Source: Candidatus Abzuiibacterium crystallinum (lineage in GTDB: Bacteria > Omnitrophota > Omnitrophia > Omnitrophales > Abzuiibacteriaceae). From it: a DNA stretch of 64,000 bases. Position 1 is the stretch's first letter. The stretch itself is not shown here. The stretch lies in assembly GCA_002787155.1 (NCBI GenBank), contig PCVY01000023.1, positions 6,828-70,827 of the forward strand, in the 5' to 3' direction. More model-generated notes on the stretch are below. The model did not search any database. It saw nothing but the letters and a program-made list of their open reading frames with translations, and was not told the DNA's origin.

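Noticed and set aside
31702-64000. The idea that 31.7-64 kb is non-coding, a decayed pseudogene or a repeat desert, because the ORF track shows no long ORF.
   Set aside because: Hand translation at many points gives coherent protein in a single frame with intact catalytic motifs. An ORF lacking a stop inside the window would not be reported by a start-to-stop ORF finder. I could not check every codon, so a full computational stop scan is still needed.

Overview
The window has two very different halves.

(1) 1-31.4 kb is ordinary, tightly packed coding DNA, almost all on the + strand:
- a partial flavoprotein disulfide oxidoreductase, pdxH (- strand), and amtB-glnK;
- a trehalose cluster (otsA, otsB, an unknown ORF, a TreT-like GT4) and a ClC channel;
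- a ~16.5 kb type IV pilus / T2SS-like locus: GspE/PilB ATPase, GspF/PilC platform, five prepilin-type genes plus a PilX-like protein, PilZ, a TPR/GT-C-like membrane protein, MerR, a ParA-like ATPase, a PilM-PilN fusion, PilO, a PilP-like protein and a secretin;
- a PEGA protein, a membrane GT2 synthase, psd-pssA and a LysE-like exporter.

(2) 31.7-64.0 kb looks empty in the supplied ORF track, which shows only short, mostly antisense ORFs. Reading the sequence shows one uninterrupted + strand frame-1 ORF starting at ATG 31702 and running off the window, at least 10,766 codons. The track presumably drops it because it has no stop codon in the window.

The giant protein is modular:
- an N-terminal signal/anchor-like segment and an uncharacterised domain;
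- at least 17 cassettes of ~44-aa ARM/HEAT-like helical repeats, separated by a recurring junction ([LI]W ... ELR) and by low-complexity linkers built from a CAGGGAA heptanucleotide repeat;
- a central core (about 44.8-54.1 kb) of six tandem dynein/midasin/MoxR-type AAA+ modules arranged as (A-B)x3, then an HExxH zincin-like segment and a VWA domain with a DxSxS MIDAS motif. This is a single-chain, midasin-like architecture.

Several nucleotide-level repeat families are superimposed on the genes:
- MITE-like palindromes (one translated in frame inside the giant gene);
- REP-like GGGGTC..GACCCC palindromes between the pseudopilin cistrons;
- a 22-nt GC-rich motif found in two genes in two different reading frames.

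No rRNA, tRNA or CRISPR array was seen. All protein-family calls come from motif recognition by eye. No searches were run.
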